This document shows, piece by piece, positions 1-9,584 of a stretch of DNA of 64,000 bases. A model generated the notes under the pieces. It was not told where the DNA came from. It was given only the letters and a program-made list of their open reading frames with translations, and made no database searches. Each line of letters begins with the position of its first letter. Position 1 is the first letter of the stretch. The stretch lies in the IMG/VR virus record IMGVR_UViG_3300034418_006779, positions 32,001 to 96,000 of that record; one strand, written 5' to 3'. The translations under genes were made by a program, and so were the position numbers. This DNA comes from a virus.

Positions 1-251
1 GCAAAACTGAAACTATATCTGGACTCAACGCCGTTGATGATATACTAATTGGAAAACTTAATTATGGTACATCCGTCTATTTAGAAGGCTCACTGTCTGA
101 GTTAAGATTAATACAGGATACTAAATCATCAGATTGGATTACTACAGAATTTAATAATCAAAACTCCCCGTCTACTTTTTATTCAGTAGGTGCTGAGGAA
201 ACAAATGGTGGAGGACCAACGTTTAAACCAAGAGTAAATTGGTTTATGTAA
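1..251 (+). CDS. 3' end of LamG/concanavalin-like (DUF2341-type) tail-associated protein, partial
   Basis: Frame 3 reads ...YLEGSLSELRLIQDTKSSDWITTEFNNQNSPSTFYSVGAEE...WFM*, the typical LamG/DUF2341 C-terminal pattern. TAA at 249-251 overlaps the next ATG (TAATG). Confidence 0.7.
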   Translation, partial: KTETISGLNAVDDILIGKLNYGTSVYLEGSLSELRLIQDTKSSDWITTEFNNQNSPSTFYSVGAEETNGGGPTFKPRVNWFM

Positions 252-946
252 TGGAAAAGTGGATAATTATCATGCTAACAACTTTTTTGCTCATTTCGAT
301 GAAGATGTGTTCTAATAAGAACGATCACATTCAATCTATTATAGATTACAATACTGTACGAGTAGATTCTTTTAAGAATGAACTAGAACAGATGGAGTAT
401 CGGATTTATGCGAAAGACCAGACTCTTGATAATCTGAGAAAGATTAATGGAAAGAAATACTATGAACTGAAAAAAGATTTAAAAGTGAGAGACATCAAGA
501 TTAAAAACTTGGTGTCCCTTACTGAATTTCAAGCCAAGTTTGGCGGGAAAATAACAATAGAGAATACATTCAAGCAAGATACTATGTATCTGTATTTGCC
601 TATTGATGATATTGTAAAATTTGATGATGGATATTTATCTGCTGATCTCATGGTTGAGAACCAGAAGCTTGTACTACCTTATACATATAAGCCCGGAGAC
701 ATCTTTATAGATCAGTATTACAAACGACCCGGCTTTTTAAAGTCGAAACAACTAATGACATCTATTAGATTTCAAAATCCGAATGTAGATGTTGTTAATA
801 CTGACGTAGTTGTAAATCAACCCGAACTTAAATTTGTTATGGGTATAGGTGGAGGCGGGTCAGTTATATCACATGACGGGCAAATATTTTTAAAACCAAG
901 CTTGGGGATATATGCATTGTATCCCTTAATAAAAATACAAAGATAA
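251..946 (+). CDS. putative spanin-like lysis accessory protein
   Basis: N-terminal hydrophobic segment ending in Cys, then coiled coil, then a Gly-rich beta-hairpin C-terminus. Lies directly before the holin. Start moved to ATG 251 (TAATG coupling). Confidence 0.5.
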   Translation: MEKWIIIMLTTFLLISMKMCSNKNDHIQSIIDYNTVRVDSFKNELEQMEYRIYAKDQTLDNLRKINGKKYYELKKDLKVRDIKIKNLVSLTEFQAKFGGKITIENTFKQDTMYLYLPIDDIVKFDDGYLSADLMVENQKLVLPYTYKPGDIFIDQYYKRPGFLKSKQLMTSIRFQNPNVDVVNTDVVVNQPELKFVMGIGGGGSVISHDGQIFLKPSLGIYALYPLIKIQR

Positions 947-1293
947 TGTTACAACTACTACAAGCAACAGAGGGACTTACTCTTCTTGAGTCTTTAACTG
1001 TTTATGGACCATTAGGTGTATGGGCAGGTGTAGCGACTGTTGGCTGCTATGTATTATACAAACAAAATCAAAAGCTTCATGCTGACGCTAAAGACGCAAT
1101 GATAAAAGTAACAGAACTCGTGACCAAAACACTGTCTGCTATACAGATGAGTGAAAAGAATACCGGGAAAATCAATGAACTGTTATTTGTGTTAGAAGAC
1201 ACCAAACATCATTGGAAAGGCGTTCCTGATTTGAAGTCAAAGATTGAGGCTTTGATCACAATACTTGAAATGAAAAATAATGGAATGGCTTAA
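946..1293 (+). CDS. putative holin (single TM, BhlA/UviB-like layout)
   Basis: 115 aa with TM GPLGVWAGVATVGCYVLY followed by a helical tail; upstream of the endolysin. Confidence 0.55.
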   Translation: MLQLLQATEGLTLLESLTVYGPLGVWAGVATVGCYVLYKQNQKLHADAKDAMIKVTELVTKTLSAIQMSEKNTGKINELLFVLEDTKHHWKGVPDLKSKIEALITILEMKNNGMA

Positions 1294-1891
1294 CCGACTT
1301 AGGTATAAATTAGGGATGTGGTTCTTCGGAAAGAGGATCATGCGTCGCGCGTATAAAATGACACTAGGCGATGCTATCGATTCTTTATTAGAAGAATTAG
1401 AGAATCCAGATAATACATTTGCTAAACTATCTCATAGTAGATATTCACATCAACTATACGATATGTTCATCAAGACTCCCTTTCTATTGACACTACTAAT
1501 AGATGTCAAAACTAATATTCTTGATTGCTCGTCTACGTGGATGAAATATGCAGGGTGGTCAAAAGAAGAAATGTTAGATAAAACATTTTTAGATTTGCTC
1601 CATCCTGATGACAAGAATCGGACAATTGCTGGGCATAAAAATGTAGAAGATTTAGATACCTCTTCTGTATTCGAAAACCGATATCTTTGTAGAAACGAAA
1701 CTCGGTATTCATATGAAGAAAATGGTGAACATTGGATATGGGTAGAGTGGCAAGTTAATGTTGATTACAAGAACGATGATACTCATCGTATTTGTGTGGC
1801 AAGAGTAGTTAATCCTAATACACCTAAATTTAACTTTTTACAAGAACAATACAGTAATGACAAGAAAACACCAGCTCTTACGCCAGCGTAA
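1280..1891 (+). CDS. stand-alone PAS domain protein
   Basis: WMKYAGWSKEEMLDKTFLDLLHPDDKNRT...FENRYLCR...WIWVEW is a classic PAS/PAC signature. Confidence 0.85.
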   Translation: MEWLNRLRYKLGMWFFGKRIMRRAYKMTLGDAIDSLLEELENPDNTFAKLSHSRYSHQLYDMFIKTPFLLTLLIDVKTNILDCSSTWMKYAGWSKEEMLDKTFLDLLHPDDKNRTIAGHKNVEDLDTSSVFENRYLCRNETRYSYEENGEHWIWVEWQVNVDYKNDDTHRICVARVVNPNTPKFNFLQEQYSNDKKTPALTPA

Positions 1892-2048
1892 GAAAGACCG
1901 TCGATATAAGTTAATGAAACAATGGGGCGGAGATTGGACTCTAATGAAAAACAACCATGTACCTACAAAGATTACTAAGAACACTTCAGGTAATACCCCA
2001 ATCACCAAAACAACAGCCCTCAACGATGCCATACTTATCAAACAATAA
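1857..2048 (+). CDS. small basic hypothetical protein in lysis cassette
   Basis: 63-aa ORF bridging the PAS gene and endolysin and overlapping both. Confidence 0.4.
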   Translation: MTRKHQLLRQRKKDRRYKLMKQWGGDWTLMKNNHVPTKITKNTSGNTPITKTTALNDAILIKQ

Positions 2049-2445
2049 ACCAGAAGACTTTGATAAATACTTTAAAGAATCTGAGTTTAACATCGACGGA
2101 GTAACAGTTTACGACAAGATGGATCCACTAATGATCTATCTTCTTGTACAGCTTAGAAAGAACACGGGACTTCCTATAGTTCCTACCTCCACTTACAGGA
2201 GCCCTGAAAAGAACAAGGCAGTAGGTGGTAGTAAATATTCAAGACATTTGAAAGGTCAGGCAGTAGATTTCATCTGTGACAATTCTTCTGACAGAGCTAT
2301 CTTCGTTAGAGAAGCTCTATTACTAGGATTAACAGTAGGAGTTATGAAGACGGCTTTGCATGTAGATATGCGCGCTTATGATAACTCTAAGAGAAAACTT
2401 AATCCTGATAAAGTTATACTCTTCCATTATTACGGAAGATACTAG
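2026..2445 (+). CDS. endolysin, peptidase M15A family
   Basis: TSTYRSPEKNKAVGGSKYSRHLKGQAVD...LHVDMR (SxHxxGxAxD plus HVD zinc ligands). Likely start is ATG 2026. Confidence 0.9.
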   Translation: MPYLSNNKPEDFDKYFKESEFNIDGVTVYDKMDPLMIYLLVQLRKNTGLPIVPTSTYRSPEKNKAVGGSKYSRHLKGQAVDFICDNSSDRAIFVREALLLGLTVGVMKTALHVDMRAYDNSKRKLNPDKVILFHYYGRY

Positions 2446-2470
2446 AATTATTTTGTGGTTAGTGGTTCTT

Positions 2471-2518
2471 GGCTGGTGGTTGGATGATTTCATTTAGCTG
2501 CCAGCTTTTATTTTATTT
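2471..2518 (+). terminator. intrinsic terminator after lysis cassette
   Basis: GGCTGGTGGTTGGATG-ATTT-CATTTAGCTGCCAGCT hairpin (G.U rich) followed by a T-rich tract. Confidence 0.75.
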
Positions 2519-2539
2519 GGATTTTTCGTATATTTTGTT

Positions 2540-3280
2540 ATGGATATTTTAAATTTAAACGAGTGCTTTAACGACTTAGAGTTTACCGAATCAACTCACA
2601 CGTACACAAGAAACGGACAGACACTTCCTTCTGTTTCTAAAAAGATAAAGACATTTTACGAGCCCTTTAATGCTAAAAAGATAGCACCTCTCTACGCCAG
2701 AAAGCATGGTTTAAAGACTGCGGACGTATTAAAAATGTGGGCTAAGACAGGAGACGTTGCCTCAACCAAGGGAACTGAGTTCCATGATTGGGGAGAGCAG
2801 CATGCTAAATACATTAAAGTTGGTATTAAACCTGTATATGAAGACCTTGATTATATGAAGAAAAATGGACTAGCTTTTTGGGATGAATTAGATCCTAAGT
2901 ATGAGATAGCCGCATTAGAGTTAAGAATGTATCATGAGGAGTTCAGCTATGCTGGAACAGCAGATATTATTCTTCGCAACACAGAGACAGGTAACTACGT
3001 TATAGCAGATTACAAAACAAATAAAGATCTATTTAAGAACTACAAAGGCAAAACAATGAAGATGCCTTTCGAGCAGATGCTTGATTGTCCAATGAGCAAA
3101 TACGAGATACAGCTTAGCTATTATCAGATGATGTTAGAAGCTCAAGGAGTAACAGTAGAAGACCGTTGGATTATTCATGTTGATCTCGAAGACACATATA
3201 AAATATATAAAACACCAGACCACACTTCTACGCTCATAGAATACCATGAGCATAAGGAGTTATATGATTGGTTATCATGA
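2540..3280 (+). CDS. PD-(D/E)XK (Cas4/lambda-exo-like) nuclease
   Basis: HTY...SVS...KGTEFH...ELRM...AGTAD...IADYKT...YEIQLSYY motifs. Confidence 0.85.
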   Translation: MDILNLNECFNDLEFTESTHTYTRNGQTLPSVSKKIKTFYEPFNAKKIAPLYARKHGLKTADVLKMWAKTGDVASTKGTEFHDWGEQHAKYIKVGIKPVYEDLDYMKKNGLAFWDELDPKYEIAALELRMYHEEFSYAGTADIILRNTETGNYVIADYKTNKDLFKNYKGKTMKMPFEQMLDCPMSKYEIQLSYYQMMLEAQGVTVEDRWIIHVDLEDTYKIYKTPDHTSTLIEYHEHKELYDWLS

Positions 3281-3957
3281 CTATTAATGAAATGATCTCT
3301 CAGTTGAGAGAAACCCTTAGGTCAAGAACAGATGATTCTCACTATAGCGATCAGTACTTGTACGAGCTTGTGAAATCATTTAGAGCTGTTCTGCTTAAGC
3401 AGCGTGCTGAAAAGCACAAACCAATCTCTAAATTTAATTATCAGAAATTCTGCGTCGAACTAGAATGCGTATCCGCTTCTGATTGTATCGACTGCTCAAA
3501 GGATATTTCTTGTAATGTACTTAGGTCTACGAAGAAACTCCCAGTTTCGATTCATGGCAGGAACAAAGATTTACTCCGAGTTCGTTTAATGAATGGGGAA
3601 CAGGTAAGCTATGTTTCAGATTACACAGAGTTTAAGACTCTGCAATATTCTAAGACAAGAAAAAATAAAATGGCCTATACAATGACCAATGGTTATTTAG
3701 AGATATATGGTAATGACATACTAAAGTATGTTGTTGTTGAAGGACCTCTTAGTGATCCAACAGACTTAGTCGAATGGACTACTTGCGGTACTACAAACAC
3801 CGAGTCTTGTTATGATATTCGTAATGATGAGTTTCCAATGGAAGAAAGTATATTTCCTACAGTTCGAGATATGATCTACAAAGAATTGAACGTATCAATA
3901 AACTTGATGGATGACACAAAGAACGACTCAACAACCGACAAACAAAATCAAATCTGA
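3277..3957 (+). CDS. virion tail ring/connector-type structural protein
   Basis: Position before the IHF/tail tube/muzzle genes as in crAss-like phages; ATGA overlap with the upstream stop. Confidence 0.6.
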   Translation: MTINEMISQLRETLRSRTDDSHYSDQYLYELVKSFRAVLLKQRAEKHKPISKFNYQKFCVELECVSASDCIDCSKDISCNVLRSTKKLPVSIHGRNKDLLRVRLMNGEQVSYVSDYTEFKTLQYSKTRKNKMAYTMTNGYLEIYGNDILKYVVVEGPLSDPTDLVEWTTCGTTNTESCYDIRNDEFPMEESIFPTVRDMIYKELNVSINLMDDTKNDSTTDKQNQI

Positions 3958-4492
3958 TTCTCAGATTAATTCAAAAAGATACTCAATAAAGGATTCTTTC
4001 TCTACATATAAATATAGAGCAAGAGATATTGATAGTTACTTAGACGGTACATATGGAAGTCAGGGTTATGTAAAGAAAGAAGAAGCCTCTGATGGGAAGC
4101 TTTCACTTACTTACAAACAATATAACTCTGTTATAAAAGATGTATTCGAAGAAGCTTGGAAAGATATTACTCAGGGTAAGATGGTAGAAATTCCATATCT
4201 TGGATCTATAGGATTCAACAGATGGAAAGTGAAACGAAAGATTGTGGACTTTAAACAGACTAGAGAATTGTATGGAGAGTGGAATAAAAACAATCCGGAT
4301 GATAAGAAAGTAGTCTACGTAAAGAATATTAACACCCGTGGTTGGGGAGCAATGACCCGATGGAGAAAACCAAAATCTCCTAGAGATCTTAGCTTATACA
4401 AGTTTGTATTTGTTAGGAAACGAAAGGAAGAGCTGGCTAAGATGTTGAAAAAGAATCCTTCAAATATTTATAATTACGAAATAATAACATGA
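3911..4492 (+). CDS. HU/IHF-like DNA-binding protein
   Basis: VIKDVFEEAWKDITQGKMVEIPYLGSI matches the IHF/HU core; conserved crAss-like gene position. Confidence 0.65.
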   Translation: MTQRTTQQPTNKIKSDSQINSKRYSIKDSFSTYKYRARDIDSYLDGTYGSQGYVKKEEASDGKLSLTYKQYNSVIKDVFEEAWKDITQGKMVEIPYLGSIGFNRWKVKRKIVDFKQTRELYGEWNKNNPDDKKVVYVKNINTRGWGAMTRWRKPKSPRDLSLYKFVFVRKRKEELAKMLKKNPSNIYNYEIIT

Positions 4493-5376
4493 CTCCTATT
4501 AGACAAAACTATGTTAGCATAAGGTCTGTGTTACCTTATATAACAATTCCAAGATCGGAGTGGGAGGAAGACGTAGCTATTGAATATGCTGCTCAAGCAT
4601 ACGATACTGCTCTTGGTATTAAATCAGCAACATATGATGCTAAGGTTACTTTGATTAAGATCGAGAACTACAAAGGTAAAATGCCTAGTGGTTATCGTCG
4701 AATTGAAGCCGTAGCATATATGTGGGATCAACCAACGGACGATGAGGTCCAAGGATTTGAAGAGACAGTGGAAACAGATCCATTGACTCTTAACCCTATT
4801 AACGATCCTACCTACACTTACAACCAAGAACATATCGAGCGTATTCAATCTCAAGGTATTGTAAACAACTATAATTTGTACACTGGATTATGGGAAGCCA
4901 TCCTTCAGCAACAAGGATTTACAATTCTGAGACCCATTGATGATATATTTACAAGAGGTAGACATTGTACTTGGTGCCCAAATCTTCAATCTACATGTGA
5001 TGATACTTATACTATTCAGAAAGATGGAACTATCATTACCAGCGTAGAAAGCGGGTATTTATGTATAGCATATCTATCTGAACCGTATGATGAAGACGGC
5101 GATCTCCTAATCCTAGATGATTCTGATGTGCAGAATGCGCTAGCTACATATGTCATGTTCAAGCTTTGGGAAACCAAAATGCATCTGCATGAGCAGAATG
5201 CGATGAACATTAGACTTATGTATCTGAATGAATGGGAAAGACTCGCTATGAAAATCAAAGGAAAAATCAATTTAAAAACTCTAGACAGTAAAGCTATTTC
5301 AGCTTACCGACACCGTTTTCACCACATGGTCACTAGATCGACCAATTGGAATGATAACTATGGAATACCAGTATAA
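4489..5376 (+). CDS. tail tubular/ring protein (P22 gp4-like, crAss Ttub)
   Basis: YTIQKDGTIITSVESGYLCIAY...DEDGDLLI pattern; lies between the IHF-like and muzzle genes. Confidence 0.7.
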   Translation: MTPIRQNYVSIRSVLPYITIPRSEWEEDVAIEYAAQAYDTALGIKSATYDAKVTLIKIENYKGKMPSGYRRIEAVAYMWDQPTDDEVQGFEETVETDPLTLNPINDPTYTYNQEHIERIQSQGIVNNYNLYTGLWEAILQQQGFTILRPIDDIFTRGRHCTWCPNLQSTCDDTYTIQKDGTIITSVESGYLCIAYLSEPYDEDGDLLILDDSDVQNALATYVMFKLWETKMHLHEQNAMNIRLMYLNEWERLAMKIKGKINLKTLDSKAISAYRHRFHHMVTRSTNWNDNYGIPV

Positions 5377-8300
5377 TGGAAAATCAATCGACAACAAAAC
5401 AGAGTGCTAAGCGTCCTTATAATCTGAACACAGATTTAGCTAGTTGGGCGCAAGACGAGACAATGGCTACCATGATTATTAATGGGGTTATTAACCCTGA
5501 TCAAGAGCGTGGTTATGGATTGTCTAATGAGCCAGGTACTCAAACATGTTATGCGCTAACTAGCGGGTATGAACCATGTGGTCATATCAATGTTGACGAT
5601 GGAGGGGTTGTAGTATTCTCAACTAATGGTACTAATTCAGAGATTGGCATAGCTAGAGATTGCAACTATACTGCGCTAGTTAATAACACATGCATGGGGT
5701 TTGATACAGCTTACCCCATCAAAGGAACGTTTCGCATGCGTAATGGATGCGAGAAAAACATCTACTTTGTGGATGGAAATAATGTAGATAGACACATTAA
5801 CCTGGATAGACTTGATGATTATCAGAGTTCTCCGGGGGTATGGGATTGTGATACAATGACATTATCAGCTACCTTTAGCGTAGCTAGTGTAATTGATATA
5901 GAGGTTCAGGATTCAGGAGGATCCTTACCCATCGGTACCCTCAGAGTATCTTTTAGATATAAAGATAGTTCAGGCAATACTACTCCTGTATTTCTTATAA
6001 CTAACCCTATTATAATTTATGATGAAGGGTCTAATACTGATTATAATAATATAACGGGGGGCTATGATCAAGCATCTGGAATAACAGATTTTGTCACTAG
6101 TAATAAGTCGGTAATATTAACTTTGCAAGACTTGGATACTAGCTATGATACTCTTGAAGTACTGGCCACTCATTATATTACCGGAGACGGAGTTACCACT
6201 GCAAGTTATATTGTAGGAGAGCAAAGCATTAATGGAACTGATTGGACATACACATATTCTGGACTTGGGGTAGGAGCGATAAGTATTGACACAGCTGAGA
6301 TACAAATAGATCCAGTAGTATATCCTACATCTAAAGCTATTACTCAATTCGATAATAGGCTACTTAGAGCGAATGTATGTTCTCATGATATAGATTGGAA
6401 AGAGTTTCAAAAAGAAGCTAATGATATTGCAGTACTATATGCTGCTGCAGAAGAGAACGCATATGATGTATCAAATGATAGAAATGCTAAGAATCCAGTA
6501 ACTCCTCGTGGATTTATGGCTGATGAGATATATGCACTAGGGATTAGATGGATTCTTAATGATGGAACTTTTGGACCAGTGCTTCATATTCCAGGTAGAG
6601 AAGCTGATTCAGATGCCCGTATTAATATTACTACAGGTAACTCGTTTACCCATATTAGAAATCAAGTACCTGGAGGTGGTGATTGGGATACTCAAGATCT
6701 TGATGTAGTAGCAAGTATTACAGATGCAACCACTCAAGTACTTGAAGAAGATGTACATCATTTAGGATTTAGTGCTGGACAAGATCTTCCTAGATGGAAA
6801 GTATATAATACTGCACAACCGCTTGCACCTGGAAACCCGTTGTCTGGCATAATGGGATATCATGAATCCGCAACAACGTATCCTGATACGAGAGATTGCA
6901 ATGATGTACCTATATATCCTCATGATGATTTGGGAGGAGGTAGTTATGCAATGCATAACATTAGACATCACAGAATGCCTGATTCAAATCTAGTACATCC
7001 ATTTAATGGAGAAGATTTGAGATACTTTAGTATTGCTTTATCTAATATTTCTGTTCCAGCAGCTTATTCAGATGAGGTTCAAGGATATCAAATACTTGTT
7101 GGCAAATCAGAAAGAACTGTGTTGGCAAAAGGCATCTACACCTACGCGTTGGAAGCAGAAGTGCTTTCTACACCCCAAGATGTTTATTATCAACCAATGC
7201 CTTTCTACCAACAAGGTACAAGTGATTACAGACATAATTCTGAAACATCTGCGGACACTTCCATTAAGGCATTAGACTTTGGTTGCTTCGTAGGTCCTGA
7301 GTTTCTTTATGCTAATGAGTTTCCAAATGGAGCCTATGTAAAATTTGAAGGCACCGTGCAAGGGGACACGACCGTTGTTAGAGAATATGACAATGGTTCA
7401 GGAACTCCTCCAAATAGAACTGACATTGGATGGAAATCTGAATGGGATACATTTGCTAATCCATCGTGTGCGAATAGAACCATCGATAATTCTATAGCGC
7501 TTGGGTATGATAGAGTATTCGAGGGCTTTAGTCAATCAGGAGAAATTATTGATAATAGGGGACAGCAACAAGAAATTATCTTTTTTAAATTAGTAGACGA
7601 TGTCATAGATTATGCGTCTTCGGATACTGTTGCTTTTGGAGCAACCGGAAGTACCGCTGTCAATTATTATTGGTATGCAAGTATTAAAAACACGAATGAT
7701 GTATATTCTGATTTAGATGCAATTGTCTATGAAGCAGCAGATGATCAGTTTAATGATGCTGCCTTTGGTGCAACCGTGATTCAAAAAGGAGATACTATTA
7801 TTGCACCCTTTGTGCATAAGAAAACAGTAAACTCAGCAGGGGCATATGATGATCTTGTAGGAGGTTCGGACTTTCGAGAAGAGTATTCCGCATCATTTAC
7901 AGTAATGCCATGTGAGTCACGTATTAATTTTGCATTAGCTCATGAAGCATCAGATGTATTTGTTCTTAATAAAAACATTGATGAAGTAAAATTTCTTGAA
8001 GCTGTTATTGAAGATCGTGATGAAGATGGATTTGATGAATCCAACTTTGATGAGCACACTACTTTGTACAATCCAGATATGCATATAACGGAGCAGCTTA
8101 AACCTGCATTCCCTTCATATGTTACAGATTGTTCTGGATGCTCAAATTGCTTTCCTAATATGATAGTATATTCAGGAGTTGCATCTCAAGAAAATGTAGA
8201 CGCTTATAAGATAACTCTTGCTAATAACTTTACTCAAACTGAAGGAACTAGTGGTGAGATTACTGAAATGTTTTCCGCAGGAAGATCTTTGCTTCTTAGA

Positions 8301-9584
8301 ACAGAAGGATCATTATTCGAACAGACACCGAGTGCTGCCTCACTTAAAGGAAGTGGTGTCGATGTGTATTTAGGTACGGCTAGCTTCTTCTCATTACCGG
8401 CTAAAGAGATTATTAAAACAGCCTATGGGTATGGAGGATCTCAAGATAGATTTGATTTAATAGAAACCCAATTCGGTATATTTTATGTAGATAGAAATCA
8501 AGGTAAGGCATATCAATTTATTAATGGACAACTAGATCCCATATCTGATAGAGGAATGAGCAAGTTCTTCAAGAAGTACCTACCTTCTGATTTAATCAGA
8601 GAACTAAGGGCTCAAGGAATTGACTACAGTCTCAGAGATGCTATATGTGATGATAATGGACTAGGAGTCCAAACAGCATACGATCCTTTTCACGAAAGAA
8701 TAATCTTTAACGTTAAGGATTACTACCCAACCTTTAACTGGACCATCTATGATGACCAGGTATCATATAACGAAGGAGATCATGTTTTTGACACTTCAGA
8801 TAATAAATTCTATTTCTTCGATCAGTCCGTTATTAAGACTGGTATGCTCTTTACTCAGAAAGACAAGTTCGAGAACCGTAGTTTCACTATATCATATGAT
8901 CCTAAGGAAAAGAAATGGGTAAGTTTCCATTCTTATAATCCTCAGTGGATGTATAACAATGATGAGAAGTTGTTCTCATTCTTAGATAATCAAAACTATG
9001 AGCACTTGCATAGGAATAGGTACACTAATTTCTATGGTACACGCTATCCGTTTGTTGTAGAGACAACACATTATAGCCCGCAGAGTTCTACTCTTGAAGC
9101 TATTAACTGGCACACAAAAGTAGATGAGTATGACACAAGTAGAGAAAGGTTTAAGGCAGTAGACGACGTTACATTCGATAACTTTATTGCATATACACAT
9201 GAACAGTCTTCTGGCTCAACTACTATAAATGTTAAAGGACGAGACGATGCTTATATGACTTACGCTATAGATGAAAGTATGGCAGAGAAAGTAGATCAGA
9301 ACTGGAGAATGGGTAGAATTAGAGATAGAGTTATAGACCACACACTTCCTCTGTTCACTAGTTCGTGGACTGATACTGAATATTACAACCAGTACAATAG
9401 TAGCGGGCAAGGGTACAGGGATAAGATGCCATACAGTTCTGCATATTCTACATCAATATCTCAATATGATTTAGCAATGCTAAGAGACAAAGACCACTTT
9501 GTACGACTTTCGTTTAATCCTGAGAATGATTATCGAATCACCATAGATTATATCAACACAAAGAAAAAACATTCGTTCCGATGA
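5376..9584 (+). CDS. tail stabilization/muzzle protein (P22 gp10-like, crAss Tstab)
   Basis: 1402 aa, beta-rich; LSNEPGT near the N-terminus, GFMADEIYALGI, FTISY...WVSFHSY near the C-terminus. Confidence 0.8.
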   Translation: MENQSTTKQSAKRPYNLNTDLASWAQDETMATMIINGVINPDQERGYGLSNEPGTQTCYALTSGYEPCGHINVDDGGVVVFSTNGTNSEIGIARDCNYTALVNNTCMGFDTAYPIKGTFRMRNGCEKNIYFVDGNNVDRHINLDRLDDYQSSPGVWDCDTMTLSATFSVASVIDIEVQDSGGSLPIGTLRVSFRYKDSSGNTTPVFLITNPIIIYDEGSNTDYNNITGGYDQASGITDFVTSNKSVILTLQDLDTSYDTLEVLATHYITGDGVTTASYIVGEQSINGTDWTYTYSGLGVGAISIDTAEIQIDPVVYPTSKAITQFDNRLLRANVCSHDIDWKEFQKEANDIAVLYAAAEENAYDVSNDRNAKNPVTPRGFMADEIYALGIRWILNDGTFGPVLHIPGREADSDARINITTGNSFTHIRNQVPGGGDWDTQDLDVVASITDATTQVLEEDVHHLGFSAGQDLPRWKVYNTAQPLAPGNPLSGIMGYHESATTYPDTRDCNDVPIYPHDDLGGGSYAMHNIRHHRMPDSNLVHPFNGEDLRYFSIALSNISVPAAYSDEVQGYQILVGKSERTVLAKGIYTYALEAEVLSTPQDVYYQPMPFYQQGTSDYRHNSETSADTSIKALDFGCFVGPEFLYANEFPNGAYVKFEGTVQGDTTVVREYDNGSGTPPNRTDIGWKSEWDTFANPSCANRTIDNSIALGYDRVFEGFSQSGEIIDNRGQQQEIIFFKLVDDVIDYASSDTVAFGATGSTAVNYYWYASIKNTNDVYSDLDAIVYEAADDQFNDAAFGATVIQKGDTIIAPFVHKKTVNSAGAYDDLVGGSDFREEYSASFTVMPCESRINFALAHEASDVFVLNKNIDEVKFLEAVIEDRDEDGFDESNFDEHTTLYNPDMHITEQLKPAFPSYVTDCSGCSNCFPNMIVYSGVASQENVDAYKITLANNFTQTEGTSGEITEMFSAGRSLLLRTEGSLFEQTPSAASLKGSGVDVYLGTASFFSLPAKEIIKTAYGYGGSQDRFDLIETQFGIFYVDRNQGKAYQFINGQLDPISDRGMSKFFKKYLPSDLIRELRAQGIDYSLRDAICDDNGLGVQTAYDPFHERIIFNVKDYYPTFNWTIYDDQVSYNEGDHVFDTSDNKFYFFDQSVIKTGMLFTQKDKFENRSFTISYDPKEKKWVSFHSYNPQWMYNNDEKLFSFLDNQNYEHLHRNRYTNFYGTRYPFVVETTHYSPQSSTLEAINWHTKVDEYDTSRERFKAVDDVTFDNFIAYTHEQSSGSTTINVKGRDDAYMTYAIDESMAEKVDQNWRMGRIRDRVIDHTLPLFTSSWTDTEYYNQYNSSGQGYRDKMPYSSAYSTSISQYDLAMLRDKDHFVRLSFNPENDYRITIDYINTKKKHSFR

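Noticed and set aside
2516-2538. Bacteroidota sigma-70 promoter before the nuclease gene (TTTG...CGTATATTTTG)
   Set aside because: Only an approximate TAnnTTTG match with wrong spacing; not supportable without TSS data.
2540-3280. CRISPR-associated Cas4 or CRISPR array
   Set aside because: No Fe-S cysteine cluster pattern, no other cas genes and no repeat-spacer array seen in the window.
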